64,000 bases of DNA, taken from NCBI GenBank assembly GCA_038207335.1, contig JBBQZX010000001.1, positions 32,001 through 96,000 of the forward strand. The letters run 5' to 3'. A model generated the notes under the pieces. It ran no database searches. It had not been told where the DNA came from and worked only from the letters and a program-made list of their open reading frames with translations. Within the stretch, counting starts at the first letter, position 1; the number at the start of each line of letters is the position of its first letter. Origin of the DNA: Chthoniobacterales bacterium (GTDB lineage Bacteria; Verrucomicrobiota; Verrucomicrobiia; Chthoniobacterales; Chthoniobacteraceae). The position numbers and the translations under genes were made by a program. Positions 27,134 to 38,052 of this stretch are shown in pieces.

Positions 27134-28834
27134 ATGGCTGCACCGAACCGCATCCTTAGTCTCGATCTCGGGACTCAGACAGTGAGCATCGCTGAGTTTC
27201 AGATGGCGAAAGACGGGGGGCTCGTGCTCATCGGACGCCAGAGCACCGAGCTTCTCGCTGATCCGGGCGCGGACAGCTCACGACTTTCGCAGGCAAAAAT
27301 CGCGGCGAGCGAAATGGTCGCGACGATGAATTGCAAGGGGGCCAGCGTGGATTTCACGGTGTCGGCGCAGGCGGTGTTCACGCGCTTCGTGAAACTGCCG
27401 TCGGTCGGCGAGGATCAGGTCGATCAGATCGTCACTTTCGAGGCCCAGCAGAATGTTCCTTTCCCGATCGACGAGGTCGTCTGGGATTATCAGTTAGTGG
27501 ATAGTGGCTCGGCGGAATTCGAGGTCGTGCTCGTCGCGATCAAGTCCGATCTTCTGGATGAGATTAACGGTGCGGTCGAGGACGCGGGGCTCAAGACGAA
27601 CATCGTCGATGTGTCGCCGATGGCGATCTACAACGCCTATCGATACAACTACAGCGAACTCGAAGGATGCTCCCTCATCATCGATATCGGTGCGCGGACG
27701 ACGAATCTCATTTTCATCGAGCCGAAGAAAGTTTTCAGCCGGAGTATTCCGATTGGCGGGACGAAGATCACCGAGGCCATCGCAAAGGATTTTAACGAGC
27801 CATTCGGAGCCGCTGAGGAGCGCAAAAAGCGCGACGGATTTGTGAGTCTCGGCGGTTCTTACGCGGACCCGGATGACCCCGAGATTTCACGCGTATCGAA
27901 GATGATTCGAAACTCGATGACGCGTCTGCACGCGGAGATTTCCCGTTCGATCAGCTTTTACCGGTCGCAGCAGCAGGGCACGGCGCCGGCGAGGGTTTTC
28001 CTCTGTGGCGGGAGTGCGAGCCTGCCTTACATGCGCGAATTTTTTAACGAAAAACTCCAGATGCCCGTCGAGTTTTTCAATCCGCTGCGCAACGTCGCGG
28101 TCGGCGAAGCCTTGGACGTGGACGAAATCGGGAAAAACGCACACACTCTTGGCGAAGTGGTGGGCTTGGCATTGCGCAATATCAGCAGTTGCCCAATGGA
28201 GTTGAACCTCCGCCCTGTGAGTGTTGTGAATCGGCAGCGACTGGCAAAGCAGCGGCCTTACATCATTCTCGCGGGTGTGTGCGCCATCCTCATTGTCGCC
28301 GCTTGGTGGCTTTATTATTATAAGGCCGCGGAAGCGACGAGCAATGTAGTGAGTTCGCTCCAGGTGCGGGTCGCACCGCTCAAGGACATGGAGAATCGCA
28401 TGGGCACCGTACGTTCTGAGGTCAAGCGCGAGGAGGAGCTTTCTCAGCCGCTCATTCAGGCGATCAGCGACCGGGATTACTGGCCCAGCATCATCGAAGA
28501 CATCAATTCGCGACTGCCAGCCGAGTTCGTGTGGGTGACTTCGTTTGAGGCATTGGAAGTAAAGTCAACGCCCGGTGCACCGCCTGCCGGTCCGAAACCG
28601 GGAGCGAAGGGCGGCGCATCAAAAGCGGGAGGGCGGCCGCTGCTACTGCAAGGACTTTATCTCGATAACCCTCGCGGTGCCGCCGTGGTGGATGATTTCG
28701 TCGCGAAGCTCAGTGAATCGTCGCTGTATGAAGTGAACAAGAACGAACTGAAGCGCTCAGTCCCGAACGAGTCGGAATGGGCTTACGACTACTCCGTGCA
28801 ATTGATCCTGAACCCTCCCAGCCCTCGCAAATGA
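27134..28834 (+). CDS. pilM: PilM-PilN-like fusion (Amuc_1101-like)
   Basis: Actin-like PilM domain (EAQQNVPFPIDEV, IDIGARTT, LCGGSA), then ELNLRP, a TM segment and a periplasmic PilN-like part. Confidence 0.85.
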   Translation: MAAPNRILSLDLGTQTVSIAEFQMAKDGGLVLIGRQSTELLADPGADSSRLSQAKIAASEMVATMNCKGASVDFTVSAQAVFTRFVKLPSVGEDQVDQIVTFEAQQNVPFPIDEVVWDYQLVDSGSAEFEVVLVAIKSDLLDEINGAVEDAGLKTNIVDVSPMAIYNAYRYNYSELEGCSLIIDIGARTTNLIFIEPKKVFSRSIPIGGTKITEAIAKDFNEPFGAAEERKKRDGFVSLGGSYADPDDPEISRVSKMIRNSMTRLHAEISRSISFYRSQQQGTAPARVFLCGGSASLPYMREFFNEKLQMPVEFFNPLRNVAVGEALDVDEIGKNAHTLGEVVGLALRNISSCPMELNLRPVSVVNRQRLAKQRPYIILAGVCAILIVAAWWLYYYKAAEATSNVVSSLQVRVAPLKDMENRMGTVRSEVKREEELSQPLIQAISDRDYWPSIIEDINSRLPAEFVWVTSFEALEVKSTPGAPPAGPKPGAKGGASKAGGRPLLLQGLYLDNPRGAAVVDDFVAKLSESSLYEVNKNELKRSVPNESEWAYDYSVQLILNPPSPRK

Positions 28835-29850
28835 ACTGGTTCAAAGAGAACAAATTCCTCGCAGGATTTCTGGGTGCCGTCGTCGTCATGTGCGGCATCC
28901 TCGGTTTCTTGATGCTCTCCGCGAAGGGGCAATATGCGGACGCTTCCTCTGCGTTCGACGAGCAGTCTCGGGAACTGGAGCAACTGGAGAAGCTCGCACC
29001 TTATCCCGACGCAAAAAACCTCGCGGCACTGAAGGCGCAGGAGAAAGAAGTGCAGGATGCGGTCGGCGCATTGCAGGCGAAACTTCACGCTCTGGAAATC
29101 CCGGTGGAGCCTTTGAAGCCCGAGGATTTTCAGGATCAACTCAAGAAAACGGTCCTCACGATCAGGGGCAAGGCGGCGGAAAAGGGAATGGCTCTGCCGG
29201 AAAAGTTTTACATGGATTTCGGCACCTACGAAAACGAGCCACCGCGGGCCGAAGCGGCGCCGCTTTTGGGCCGGCAACTCAAAGCGATGGAATTCGTCGT
29301 ATCGCAATTGATCGAAAATCGTGCGGAGGCGCTAACGAAGATCGAGCGTGAGACTTTTCCCGAAGAAAGCGGAAAGGGCGGGGGAGCGAAAGCCGGTGGG
29401 TCGGGCGTCAAAGAGCCCAAAGGGGAAAAGGGTGCCGTGAAACGCCAATACTTCGACATCGGATTCACGGCGGAACAGCGGACATTCCGCGCAGTTCTCA
29501 ATCAAATCGTCAACTCGAAGACGCAGTTCTACATTCCTCGCCAGATCGAGGTGAAGAATCAGCACGACAAAGGCCCTGCTCGATTCGACCCCGCGGAAGC
29601 TGCGGCTGCGGCGGCAGCGGCCGCGGCAGCGGCTGCTACGCCGGCACCAGCGCCGGAGGCGGCTCAGCCAGCACCGATGGCGGCTCCAGCAGCGGGCGCG
29701 CCTCCCGCTCCGGTGCCTGTCGTCCCGCTAACTGTGCTTGATTCCAAAGGCGAGAAGGCCGAGCCGCGGAAATATCTCGTGGGTGAGGAAAAGCTCGAAG
29801 TTTCCATGCGCATCGACGTCGTGGATTTCCCGTCACCAGCGAAGAAGTAG
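28831..29850 (+). CDS. Amuc_1100-like (PilO-like) pilus protein
   Basis: MNWFKENKFLAG N-terminal TM, coiled coil, FYMDFGTY, GEEKLEV; ATGA-coupled to pilM; 13-Ala run. Confidence 0.75.
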   Translation: MNWFKENKFLAGFLGAVVVMCGILGFLMLSAKGQYADASSAFDEQSRELEQLEKLAPYPDAKNLAALKAQEKEVQDAVGALQAKLHALEIPVEPLKPEDFQDQLKKTVLTIRGKAAEKGMALPEKFYMDFGTYENEPPRAEAAPLLGRQLKAMEFVVSQLIENRAEALTKIERETFPEESGKGGGAKAGGSGVKEPKGEKGAVKRQYFDIGFTAEQRTFRAVLNQIVNSKTQFYIPRQIEVKNQHDKGPARFDPAEAAAAAAAAAAAAATPAPAPEAAQPAPMAAPAAGAPPAPVPVVPLTVLDSKGEKAEPRKYLVGEEKLEVSMRIDVVDFPSPAKK

Positions 29851-29853
29851 CTT

Positions 29854-30858
29854 ATGGACTGGATCAAGAAACATTCCGACCAATTCGCCTTGGCGCTGCT
29901 CGCGCTTGGACTCCTCGTCGCGGCCATCCTGGTTCTTTTAAAGTCGTCCGGATTTGCTGAGAATTTCAGCGCCGTCCAAACCTCCCCCGCGCACAACGAT
30001 CGCATCGCACCGCTCGACAAGACTGCGCTGGAAGAAGCGACTGCGAATGTCTCAAAACCCAGCGGGTGGGATGTTAAGAAAGACGCCGGCTCGTTGTTCG
30101 TCTCTCACAAATACCTGCTCGATCCTACGACTCATCGCCCGGTGCGCCCCGGCGGCGGTGGCATGTTGAACCCTCCGGTCCCGGATGACTGGCTGTTGAA
30201 ATACGAACTCAATCTTCTCTCCAGCACCGTGCTCCAAGACGATCCGGACGGCGATGGATTCAGTAATCTCGATGAATATCTCGGTGCTGATCGAAGCGAG
30301 AAAAATGAAGACGCCGACTCGACCAACCCCAAAGACAAGGAATCGCACCCGCCCTACTACACGAAGCTGTTCCTGAAGCAGTATATCGCGGTGCCGTTCC
30401 GATTGAAGTTCCAGAGCTACGACGGGGATCCCAAAAAGCCGGATTCCATGAGTTTCCAGATCAACACGCTCGATTTGCGACAACCGACTGTGTTCCTGAA
30501 ATTTGGCGATAACGTGCCGGGAACGAAGTTCAAACTCGAAAAATTCGAGCTCAAATCCAAACTGAATGAAAGTACTGGCTCACAGGATGACGTGTCTGAA
30601 CTGACGGTGCTGAACACTGAGACGGCAGAGCGCATCGTCCTCGTTCTCGAAAAAGTCATCAACTCCCCAGATTCCTACGCGCTCTTCTCCTATCTCTGGC
30701 CTAGTCCGCCTCGGGATATTCGAGTCAAGAAGCTTCAGGAATTCGTCCTCGTGCCAAATACGCAGGAAAAATACAAACTCATTGACATCAGCGAGACGGG
30801 AGCCCAAATAGCGCTTCCGTCCGGCGAGAAATATACCGTCCCTTTGCTGCCGAAGTAA
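29854..30858 (+). CDS. Amuc_1099-like pilus system protein
   Basis: N-terminal TM, DPDGDGFSNLDEY Ca-binding-like motif, FQINT; sits between the Amuc_1100-like gene and the secretin. Confidence 0.72.
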   Translation: MDWIKKHSDQFALALLALGLLVAAILVLLKSSGFAENFSAVQTSPAHNDRIAPLDKTALEEATANVSKPSGWDVKKDAGSLFVSHKYLLDPTTHRPVRPGGGGMLNPPVPDDWLLKYELNLLSSTVLQDDPDGDGFSNLDEYLGADRSEKNEDADSTNPKDKESHPPYYTKLFLKQYIAVPFRLKFQSYDGDPKKPDSMSFQINTLDLRQPTVFLKFGDNVPGTKFKLEKFELKSKLNESTGSQDDVSELTVLNTETAERIVLVLEKVINSPDSYALFSYLWPSPPRDIRVKKLQEFVLVPNTQEKYKLIDISETGAQIALPSGEKYTVPLLPK

Positions 30859-30949
30859 CGATTTCCCGTTCCGCGCGATCCACGTCAGACATGGCTTTGC
30901 GCATCGAACTCACCTTTTAAACCTCCTTCATTTTCCCAATCCTACCTCC

Positions 30950-33610
30950 ATGACCAAGTCCACATTCATCCGATCCTTTGCCATCCTCACCGGCATTCTC
31001 GCATCCAGCGCCGCCTTTGCCGGTTCGTCGGATGACGCGACAGTCGTCACCACTAGCGTGACCACCAGCGTGCAAAGCGCTGCGGAACGTGAAGCGCAGC
31101 GTCGCTACGATCGGGCTGAGCGGATTGGGCGCGATGCGATAGACGCCGGTGACAAGGCGCTCGATGAAAAGGATTACGCGACCGCTTTCGCGCAGTTTAA
31201 ACTCGCCTGCGACAATATTCCAAATGCTCCCCGCACCAAGCGACTTTACGCGAGCGCCCTTGATGGACTCTGCGAGTCTGGAGTGAAGCTCGCCGAACAG
31301 CGAATCGCGGAAGGGCGTTACGCAGATGCTAAAGCGACCCTGACGACTGTGTTGGATGATCGGTACGACCCTCGTTGCAAGGAAGCTGTGGTGCTCCTCT
31401 CAAGACTTGAAACGCCCGGGTATTACAACACGACAATCACCCCGACCTTTCGTGGAAAGGTCGAAGAGGTGAAGCAACTCCTGCTTGAGGCGGACGGATT
31501 TTACCAAACCGGACGGAATGACCAGGCGTTTAAACGCTGCGAGCAGGCGCTGAACATCGACCGTTACAACATCGCGGCCCGGAAGATGCAGGAAAAAATC
31601 AACCTCGCCCGTGATAACTACGCGTTGAGCGCCTACAACGAAGCGCGGTCCCGGGCTATTTGGAAACTCGACGACGCGTGGGGAAATCCGGTGCGCAAAT
31701 TCGGCACCGACAAAGGAGGGATCGTAGTCCAAACTTCCAACAACGATGCAGGTACTGCAGTCATCCAGCGCAAGCTGAGCAAGATCATCATCCCGAAGCT
31801 GGAATTCCGCGACGCCACGATCCGTGAGGCGGTTGAATTTCTGAAAAAGAAGAGCGCAGACCTCGATGTTACGGAATCCGATCCGACTCGGCGCGGTGTG
31901 AATATTGTCTTGAAGCTGGAATCCAGTCCGTCCATTGGCGTGCCGGCGGCGCAATTTCCAGCGGGCAACGCGGCGCCCGCCATTCCGGGATTGGAGCCGA
32001 TTCCCGGTGCCCTTCCTGGTGCCGATGCCGGTGCCGGCATTCTGCCTTCCGTGAGTCCCACAGATGCGCGCATTACCGTTTCGCTGACGAATATTCCTCT
32101 CGTCGAGGCGCTTCGATACGTCACACAGCTCGCTGGCTTGAAATTCAAGGTCGAGCCATACGCCGTTTCAATCGTTCCGATTAACACGCCGACCGACGTC
32201 TTGGTCACGAAGGAGTATAAAGTGCGTCCTGGATTCATCGGAACGAAGCCCGCAGGCGGCGGCGGAGACGCCCTCAATCCCGCGGGTCCACCGGCGGATG
32301 CCACCCGCAACGGCACGGGAATCGCCGGTCGTCTCGATGCAAAGGAGTTTCTCATCGCTCAAGGTGTTCCGTTCCCAATCGGAGCGTCGGCCACCTATCT
32401 CGCCGGGAGCAGTCGCCTCGTAGTTCGCAATACTCAGGAAAATCTCGAACTCGTCGATACACTGATCGACGCGAGCACGGGGGACTCGATTCCCGCGCAG
32501 GTGGAAATCGAATCCAAATTCGTCGAGATCACGCAGCAGAATCTTAAAGAACTGAGCTTCGATTGGCTGCTCGGCCAATTCAACGTCGGCCAAGGTGGTG
32601 TCTTCGCTGGCGGAGGCACGTCCGGCAATCAGCCCGCGACCGATCCGGCTGACTTTCCGTTTGTCGGGCCCGGCGGTGTGCCGGTTGGCAGGTCTCCTGT
32701 CACTGGCGGCAATCGCAGCGGTTCAACCGCGATCTCCGCCAGTGCGATCGATGCGTTGCTTTTCGGAACTACCGGCGCGTCCAGGCTGGCTCCAGCTCTT
32801 GTCGGACTGTCCGGCGTCTTCACCGATCCGCAGTTCCAACTCGTGATCCGCGCACTGAACCAGAAAAAAGGCGTTGATCTCCTATCCGCACCCCGCGTGA
32901 CAACCAAGAGCGGCCAGCGTGCTGTCATCGAGATCATTCGCGAATTCCGCTATCCGACCGAGTTCGACCCACCGCAAATCCCGCAGAACTTCGGGAACAA
33001 TGGAAACAACGGCGGTGGTGGTGGCACAGCGCTCATCAGCGTTGCTCCGAGCAGCTTTCCGGTTACGCCGACGACTCCCACCGCCTTCGAGACCCGCAAC
33101 ACGGGTGTCACGCTCGAGGTCGAGCCAGTCATCGGCCCGGACGGTTACACGATCGACCTGAATTTGGTGCCGCAGGTCGTCGAATTTGAAGGCTTCATCA
33201 ATTACGGGAGCCCGATTCAGACGACGGCCACGAATCCAATCACCGGCATCAGTTCGACAAACGTCATCACGCCGAACGTCATCAACCAGCCGATCTTCAG
33301 CACGCGCAAAGTCACGACTAGCGTGAGCATTTTCGACGGCCAGACCGTCGTTCTCGGTGGCCTCATGCGTGAGGACGTCCAGAAAGTGGAGGACAAGACG
33401 CCGCTGCTCGGCGACATCCCTCTCATCGGGCGGTTGTTCCGCTCGAGTGTTGATCAGCATCTGAAGCGCAATCTCGTCATCTTCGTCTCGGCCCGTTTAA
33501 TCAATCCGGCGGGAGAGCCAGTGCATCTTGAGGAGGAAAAGGAAGAGGAAGTCGAAGTAATTCCCGTTCCTGAAATTCCCGCTCCCGAACTTCCGCTGAT
33601 GCCGAAGTAA
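30950..33610 (+). CDS. Secretin (PilQ/GspD superfamily; Amuc_1098-like)
   Basis: Signal peptide, TPR-like N-terminus, QVEIESKFVE, LLSAPRVTT, GVTLEVEP, VEDKTPLLGDIPLIGRLFRS. Confidence 0.9.
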   Translation: MTKSTFIRSFAILTGILASSAAFAGSSDDATVVTTSVTTSVQSAAEREAQRRYDRAERIGRDAIDAGDKALDEKDYATAFAQFKLACDNIPNAPRTKRLYASALDGLCESGVKLAEQRIAEGRYADAKATLTTVLDDRYDPRCKEAVVLLSRLETPGYYNTTITPTFRGKVEEVKQLLLEADGFYQTGRNDQAFKRCEQALNIDRYNIAARKMQEKINLARDNYALSAYNEARSRAIWKLDDAWGNPVRKFGTDKGGIVVQTSNNDAGTAVIQRKLSKIIIPKLEFRDATIREAVEFLKKKSADLDVTESDPTRRGVNIVLKLESSPSIGVPAAQFPAGNAAPAIPGLEPIPGALPGADAGAGILPSVSPTDARITVSLTNIPLVEALRYVTQLAGLKFKVEPYAVSIVPINTPTDVLVTKEYKVRPGFIGTKPAGGGGDALNPAGPPADATRNGTGIAGRLDAKEFLIAQGVPFPIGASATYLAGSSRLVVRNTQENLELVDTLIDASTGDSIPAQVEIESKFVEITQQNLKELSFDWLLGQFNVGQGGVFAGGGTSGNQPATDPADFPFVGPGGVPVGRSPVTGGNRSGSTAISASAIDALLFGTTGASRLAPALVGLSGVFTDPQFQLVIRALNQKKGVDLLSAPRVTTKSGQRAVIEIIREFRYPTEFDPPQIPQNFGNNGNNGGGGGTALISVAPSSFPVTPTTPTAFETRNTGVTLEVEPVIGPDGYTIDLNLVPQVVEFEGFINYGSPIQTTATNPITGISSTNVITPNVINQPIFSTRKVTTSVSIFDGQTVVLGGLMREDVQKVEDKTPLLGDIPLIGRLFRSSVDQHLKRNLVIFVSARLINPAGEPVHLEEEKEEEVEVIPVPEIPAPELPLMPK

Positions 33611-33616
33611 GGGCGA

Positions 33617-34213
33617 ATGCCCGTCCTCGGTGTTACTGGCGGAATCGCAACCGGCAAATCCACGTTCGCACGGGACCTTGTCCAGCGGTTATCGGCCGAG
33701 TTTTTCGACGCCGACGCTTGCGCCCGTTTGTTGCTCAAGACAAATCTTCAGATTCAAGCGGAGGTGCGGCAGCAGTTTGACGCAGTGGCCAAAGATGGAA
33801 CACTGGATCGCGCTACGTTGCGGGATCTGATTTTTTCAGACCCTGAGAAGCGCATGCGTCTCGAGGCGATTCTTCATCCCGCGATCCGCGAAAATTGGAT
33901 CGGGCAAGCTCGAAAGACTGCTGATTCCGGGCACTGGTTTATCGCCGAGATTCCGTTACTGTTCGAGACAGCCGCTGAGTCGCACTGCGATCGCGTGATC
34001 GTCGTCGCCTGCACATCCGCGACACAACGCGCTAGGTTAAAAGCCAACCGCTTGATCGATGATGCGCTTGCTGGAAACATTATCGCCGCACAGCTCGACC
34101 TCCGTTCGAAAATCACGAAAGCCGATCATCTTATTTGGAACGACTCCACTGCCGCCGCATTGACCGGTCAAACCGACCTACTCGCTGCTTGGCTGCGCCA
34201 CCGTTATGGCTGA
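33617..34213 (+). CDS. coaE: Dephospho-CoA kinase
   Basis: GVTGGIATGKST, DAD, LEAILHP, EIPLLFE. Confidence 0.95.
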   Translation: MPVLGVTGGIATGKSTFARDLVQRLSAEFFDADACARLLLKTNLQIQAEVRQQFDAVAKDGTLDRATLRDLIFSDPEKRMRLEAILHPAIRENWIGQARKTADSGHWFIAEIPLLFETAAESHCDRVIVVACTSATQRARLKANRLIDDALAGNIIAAQLDLRSKITKADHLIWNDSTAAALTGQTDLLAAWLRHRYG

Positions 34214-35552
34214 ATCTACCACCGACATCCCACTGGACAGCACCGATCCCGCCGAAGAACCGAGGATTGGTGATGAGCCGCATGTACCCGCAGAGTTGTG
34301 GGTGGAAGAGCTCAATTCCGAGCCCCTCCATTTGCTCATCGAGCGAGCCGAGACGCTCGGGCTGCGGATGAATGCAGACAAGACCCGCCACCATATCGTT
34401 TTCGATTTGCTCCGGACTTACGCGTCGCGCGGGACCGCACTTTTTGCCGACGGCGTCATCGAATTTAGCGGGCAAGGTGGCGCGTTTTTGCGCTGGCCGC
34501 GCTTTAATTTTCGCTCGCTCCCGCAGGACATCTACGTGTCTCCGCATCACGAGCGCCAGTACGGCCTGCGCAACGGGAACCGCCTCGCCGGCAGGATTCG
34601 TGCGCCGCGCGATCGCGAAAAATTCATGGCGCTGGAGGAGGTCATCTCGATCGAGGGGATACCTGTCGATCAGTGGAAAGAGACGACGGAATTTGAAAAG
34701 TTGACCGCGCTTCATCCGACAGAACGGATCGTCCTTGAAACCGCTTCGTTCCCCTCCGTGACCGCCCGCGCGCTCGATCTCATCGTCCCACTGGGCCGTG
34801 GTCAACGTGGGCTCATCGTCGCGCCGCCTCGCACCGGCAAAACGATTTTAATGAAAGATATTGCGCGCTCAATCTTGGCGAATTCGCCAGAGACCGCGCT
34901 CATTCTCCTGCTCGTCGATGAGCGCCCGGAAGAGGTCACGGACTTCAAGACCTCGCTGAAAGGCTGCGAAATCTACAGCTCCACTTTCGACGAGAGTCCT
35001 CAGCGGCATACGCAGGTTGCGGAGATCGTCAGCGATCGCGCGAAACGGCTCGTGGAGCTGAACCGGCATGTCGTGATCCTGCTCGACTCGATCACGCGTC
35101 TATCCCGCGGCTACAATAATCTGATGGGCGGAAAGGGGCGCACCATGTCCGGCGGTGTGGATGCGAAGGCGCTGGTGAAGCCGAAAAAATTCTTCAGCGC
35201 TGCCCGCAATACCGAAGAGGGCGGCAGTCTTACGATCCTAGCGACCGCGCTCATCGAGACCAACAGTCGGATGGACGACCTCATTTTCGAGGAATACAAG
35301 GGTACCGGAAACATGGAGATTCGCCTCGATCGAAACCTCGCGGACAAGCGCGTCTTTCCCGCGATCAATATCCTCGGATCCGCCACGCGGCGCGACGAAT
35401 TGCTCTACCACCCGCAGGAGTTCGACAAGATCAACGTTCTCCGAAAGCAGTTGGCCGCGCTCCCGCCGATTGAAGCGACAGAGGTGCTCATTCACGCGCT
35501 GAAAGCGACGAATTCCAACGCCGAGTTGCTGCTCGTGGGGCTCCGCAGCTGA
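34206..35552 (+). CDS. rho: Transcription termination factor Rho
   Basis: [46 protein letters not shown]. Confidence 0.95.
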   Translation: MAESTTDIPLDSTDPAEEPRIGDEPHVPAELWVEELNSEPLHLLIERAETLGLRMNADKTRHHIVFDLLRTYASRGTALFADGVIEFSGQGGAFLRWPRFNFRSLPQDIYVSPHHERQYGLRNGNRLAGRIRAPRDREKFMALEEVISIEGIPVDQWKETTEFEKLTALHPTERIVLETASFPSVTARALDLIVPLGRGQRGLIVAPPRTGKTILMKDIARSILANSPETALILLLVDERPEEVTDFKTSLKGCEIYSSTFDESPQRHTQVAEIVSDRAKRLVELNRHVVILLDSITRLSRGYNNLMGGKGRTMSGGVDAKALVKPKKFFSAARNTEEGGSLTILATALIETNSRMDDLIFEEYKGTGNMEIRLDRNLADKRVFPAINILGSATRRDELLYHPQEFDKINVLRKQLAALPPIEATEVLIHALKATNSNAELLLVGLRS

Positions 35553-35556
35553 TCCG

Positions 35557-36651
35557 ATGGAAGGAGCCGTGCAAAACGCCATTCCCACGCTCATCGGCGA
35601 ACCGGATGGGCTCGCTGCGATCCTCCCGATCATCGGTGAGCACGCTCGTATCGCGATCGATACGGAGGCGGACAGCCTTCACTGCTATTTTGAAAAACTT
35701 TGCCTCATTCAGGTCACCGTTGGTGGACGCGACCTCCTGATCGATCCGCTTGCGGGGTACTCACTCGATCCGCTTTTTGCTGCGCTCGAGGGCAAAGAAC
35801 TCATTTTCCACGGAGCCGATTACGATCTTCGGCTTTTGCGCCGTGTCGGTTACGGTGGCCCGGCTCGCATTTTCGACACGATGATTGCCGCAAGATTGTG
35901 CGGCGTGACGGAATTCAGCCTCGCGGCGCTGATCGGAAAACATTTCGGACTCAAGCTTGCGAAAGCCTCGCAAAAAGCGAATTGGGCGCTGCGCCCGTTG
36001 CCGCCGGTGATGGTGGAATACGCAGTAAAAGACACACATTACCTGCACGAACTCGCGGAAATCTTCACTGCCGAACTGATGCAACTCGGTCGCTGGGAGT
36101 GGTTTCGGCAATCGTGCGAGCGCGCGATCCGGCTCACGGAGACATCGAAGGAGCGCGATGCGGAAGAGATCTGGCGGATCGCCGGAAGCGGGCTGCTACG
36201 CGGGCGGACTGCGGCGATTCTTCGCGAGCTGTGGCGCTGGCGCGATGAAGAGGCGCGAGCGATCGACAAGCCCGCGTTTCACATTCTGCACAACGAGCAA
36301 CTCATTGCGGCTGCGAATCGCATCGATCAAGGCGGGCTCGCAGAAGTCCGCCACCTGCGAGGTTCTAGGCTGCGCCGTTTTGAAGATGCGGCGGCGCGCG
36401 CGCTGGCGATGTCGCCCGATGATTGGCCCGTTTTCACCCGCACTCATACACCGCGACCGACGCGTGAAGAGGAGGCACGGTTCCGGGAATTGAGAGGAAA
36501 GCGCGACGCCTCCGCATCGTCCCTCAATCTTGATCCGTCCTTGATCGCACCGAAAGCGGCGCTCGAACTGATCGCCTCCGACCCTGTAGTGGGAGTAGCG
36601 AAATTGATGCCTTGGCAGCGCGAGTTGCTAGGTGTTCAAGAATCGCTGTAG
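35557..36651 (+). CDS. rnd: Ribonuclease D (3'-5' exonuclease + HRDC)
   Basis: IAIDTEADS, HGADYD, FDTMIAA, YAVKDT, WRDEEAR. Confidence 0.88.
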   Translation: MEGAVQNAIPTLIGEPDGLAAILPIIGEHARIAIDTEADSLHCYFEKLCLIQVTVGGRDLLIDPLAGYSLDPLFAALEGKELIFHGADYDLRLLRRVGYGGPARIFDTMIAARLCGVTEFSLAALIGKHFGLKLAKASQKANWALRPLPPVMVEYAVKDTHYLHELAEIFTAELMQLGRWEWFRQSCERAIRLTETSKERDAEEIWRIAGSGLLRGRTAAILRELWRWRDEEARAIDKPAFHILHNEQLIAAANRIDQGGLAEVRHLRGSRLRRFEDAAARALAMSPDDWPVFTRTHTPRPTREEEARFRELRGKRDASASSLNLDPSLIAPKAALELIASDPVVGVAKLMPWQRELLGVQESL

Positions 36652-36701
36652 TCGATCCCGGCCTTCGTGCCGAAACCCGACTACCGCTGAAGCCACCCGG
36701 C

Positions 36702-36914
36702 TCACGCAGCGGGCACTTCGGGCACAACCTCCGCAGGCTTCGGAGTCGGCGTTGCTTTGATTTTCACGCCGTCTTTCCACGTTCCTTCGCGCAATGCTTC
36801 GGAGTAGGGCCCGTTGCCTTTTCCACGGCTGTAAACGTCACGTTTGGTGACGAGCGTGTTGCAGGCGGCGAGCGAAAGTACGGCGAGGAGGAGGAGGGAG
36901 ACGGCAAATTTCAC
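36702..36914 (-). CDS. Small lipoprotein, hypothetical
   Basis: [18 protein letters not shown] lipobox; Pro-rich tail. Confidence 0.7.
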   Translation of the reverse strand: MKFAVSLLLLAVLSLAACNTLVTKRDVYSRGKGNGPYSEALREGTWKDGVKIKATPTPKPAEVVPEVPAA

Positions 36915-36920
36915 GCTCGG

Positions 36921-36949
36921 ATCGGAGCAGATCGGAAATGGAGTGTCAA
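36921..36949 (-). promoter_or_regulatory. Candidate sigma70 promoter, possibly giving a leaderless mRNA
   Basis: TTGACA-N17-TCCGAT-N6-GTG start; the -10 element is weak. Confidence 0.35.
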
Positions 36950-37035
36950 CCCACGCGCATCAACGCGCCTCACGCGACTGCGAGATTTCCGATTGCCCTC
37001 GTTTTTTGTCCCGCTACTTTCCTCGCCCCTTTTCC

Positions 37036-38052
37036 ATGATTATCGTCACAAAACCAAACGCCACGGACGAGCAGGTGCAGCACATCGTCGATCGAATCGT
37101 CGAGTGGGGGCTAAAGGCGGAAGTCAGTCGTGGAGCCATGCGGACGGTGATCGGCGTCATCGGCGCGGAGGATTCCGTGCGGGAAAAACCCATCGCCGCG
37201 ATCCCGGGAGTCGAGTCGGTGACGCCGGTGCTCAAGCCCTACAAATTAGTCGCGCGAGAATTCCGCGGCGGCAACGACTCGAAGGTCAAGATCGGCGGAG
37301 TCACCGTGGGGAACGGCGAGGTGGTCATCATGTCCGGGCCGTGTTCCGTCGAGACGCGCGAGCAAATCATCTCGATCGCTGGTGCCATCAAGGACGCGGG
37401 CGCGAAAATTCTCCGTGGGGGCGCTTACAAGCCGCGTACGTCGCCCTATTCATTTCAAGGACTCGGAGTCGAGGGGTTGCGTCTGCTGGCGGAGGCGCGG
37501 GAGGCGACCGGCCTGCCAGTCATCACCGAGATCATGGATACGAAAGATCTCGATGTGGTCGAGCGATACGCCGATTGCCTCCAAGTCGGAGCTCGCAATA
37601 TGCAGAATTTTTCGCTGCTCAAGGAAGTCGGGCGCAGCCGCCTGCCGGTCATGCTGAAACGCGGGATGAGCGCGACTATCAAAGACCTTTTGATGAGTGC
37701 AGAATACATCCTGAGCGAGGGAAATTTCAACGTCATGCTTTGCGAGCGTGGCATCCGCACGTTTGAAAACTACACGCGTAACACGCTCGACCTGAACGCC
37801 GTGCCGGTGCTCAAAGCTGAGACGCACCTGCCGGTCGTCGTCGATCCAACGCATGGCATCGGCCTGCGCGAACACGTCTTACCGATGGCGCTCGCTGCCG
37901 TCGCCGCCGGGGCGGATGCGCTCATGGTGGAAGTTCACAACTCGCCGGAGCTCGCGAAAAGCGACGGCGAGCAGGCGCTACTGCCGGCAGAGTTTGCGGA
38001 CCTCGTCGCGCGGGTGCGCAAAGTCGCCGAAGCCGTTGGGCGTTCCGCCTAG
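37036..38052 (+). CDS. aroF: DAHP synthase (class I-beta with N-terminal regulatory domain)
   Basis: [45 protein letters not shown]. Confidence 0.95.
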   Translation: MIIVTKPNATDEQVQHIVDRIVEWGLKAEVSRGAMRTVIGVIGAEDSVREKPIAAIPGVESVTPVLKPYKLVAREFRGGNDSKVKIGGVTVGNGEVVIMSGPCSVETREQIISIAGAIKDAGAKILRGGAYKPRTSPYSFQGLGVEGLRLLAEAREATGLPVITEIMDTKDLDVVERYADCLQVGARNMQNFSLLKEVGRSRLPVMLKRGMSATIKDLLMSAEYILSEGNFNVMLCERGIRTFENYTRNTLDLNAVPVLKAETHLPVVVDPTHGIGLREHVLPMALAAVAAGADALMVEVHNSPELAKSDGEQALLPAEFADLVARVRKVAEAVGRSA

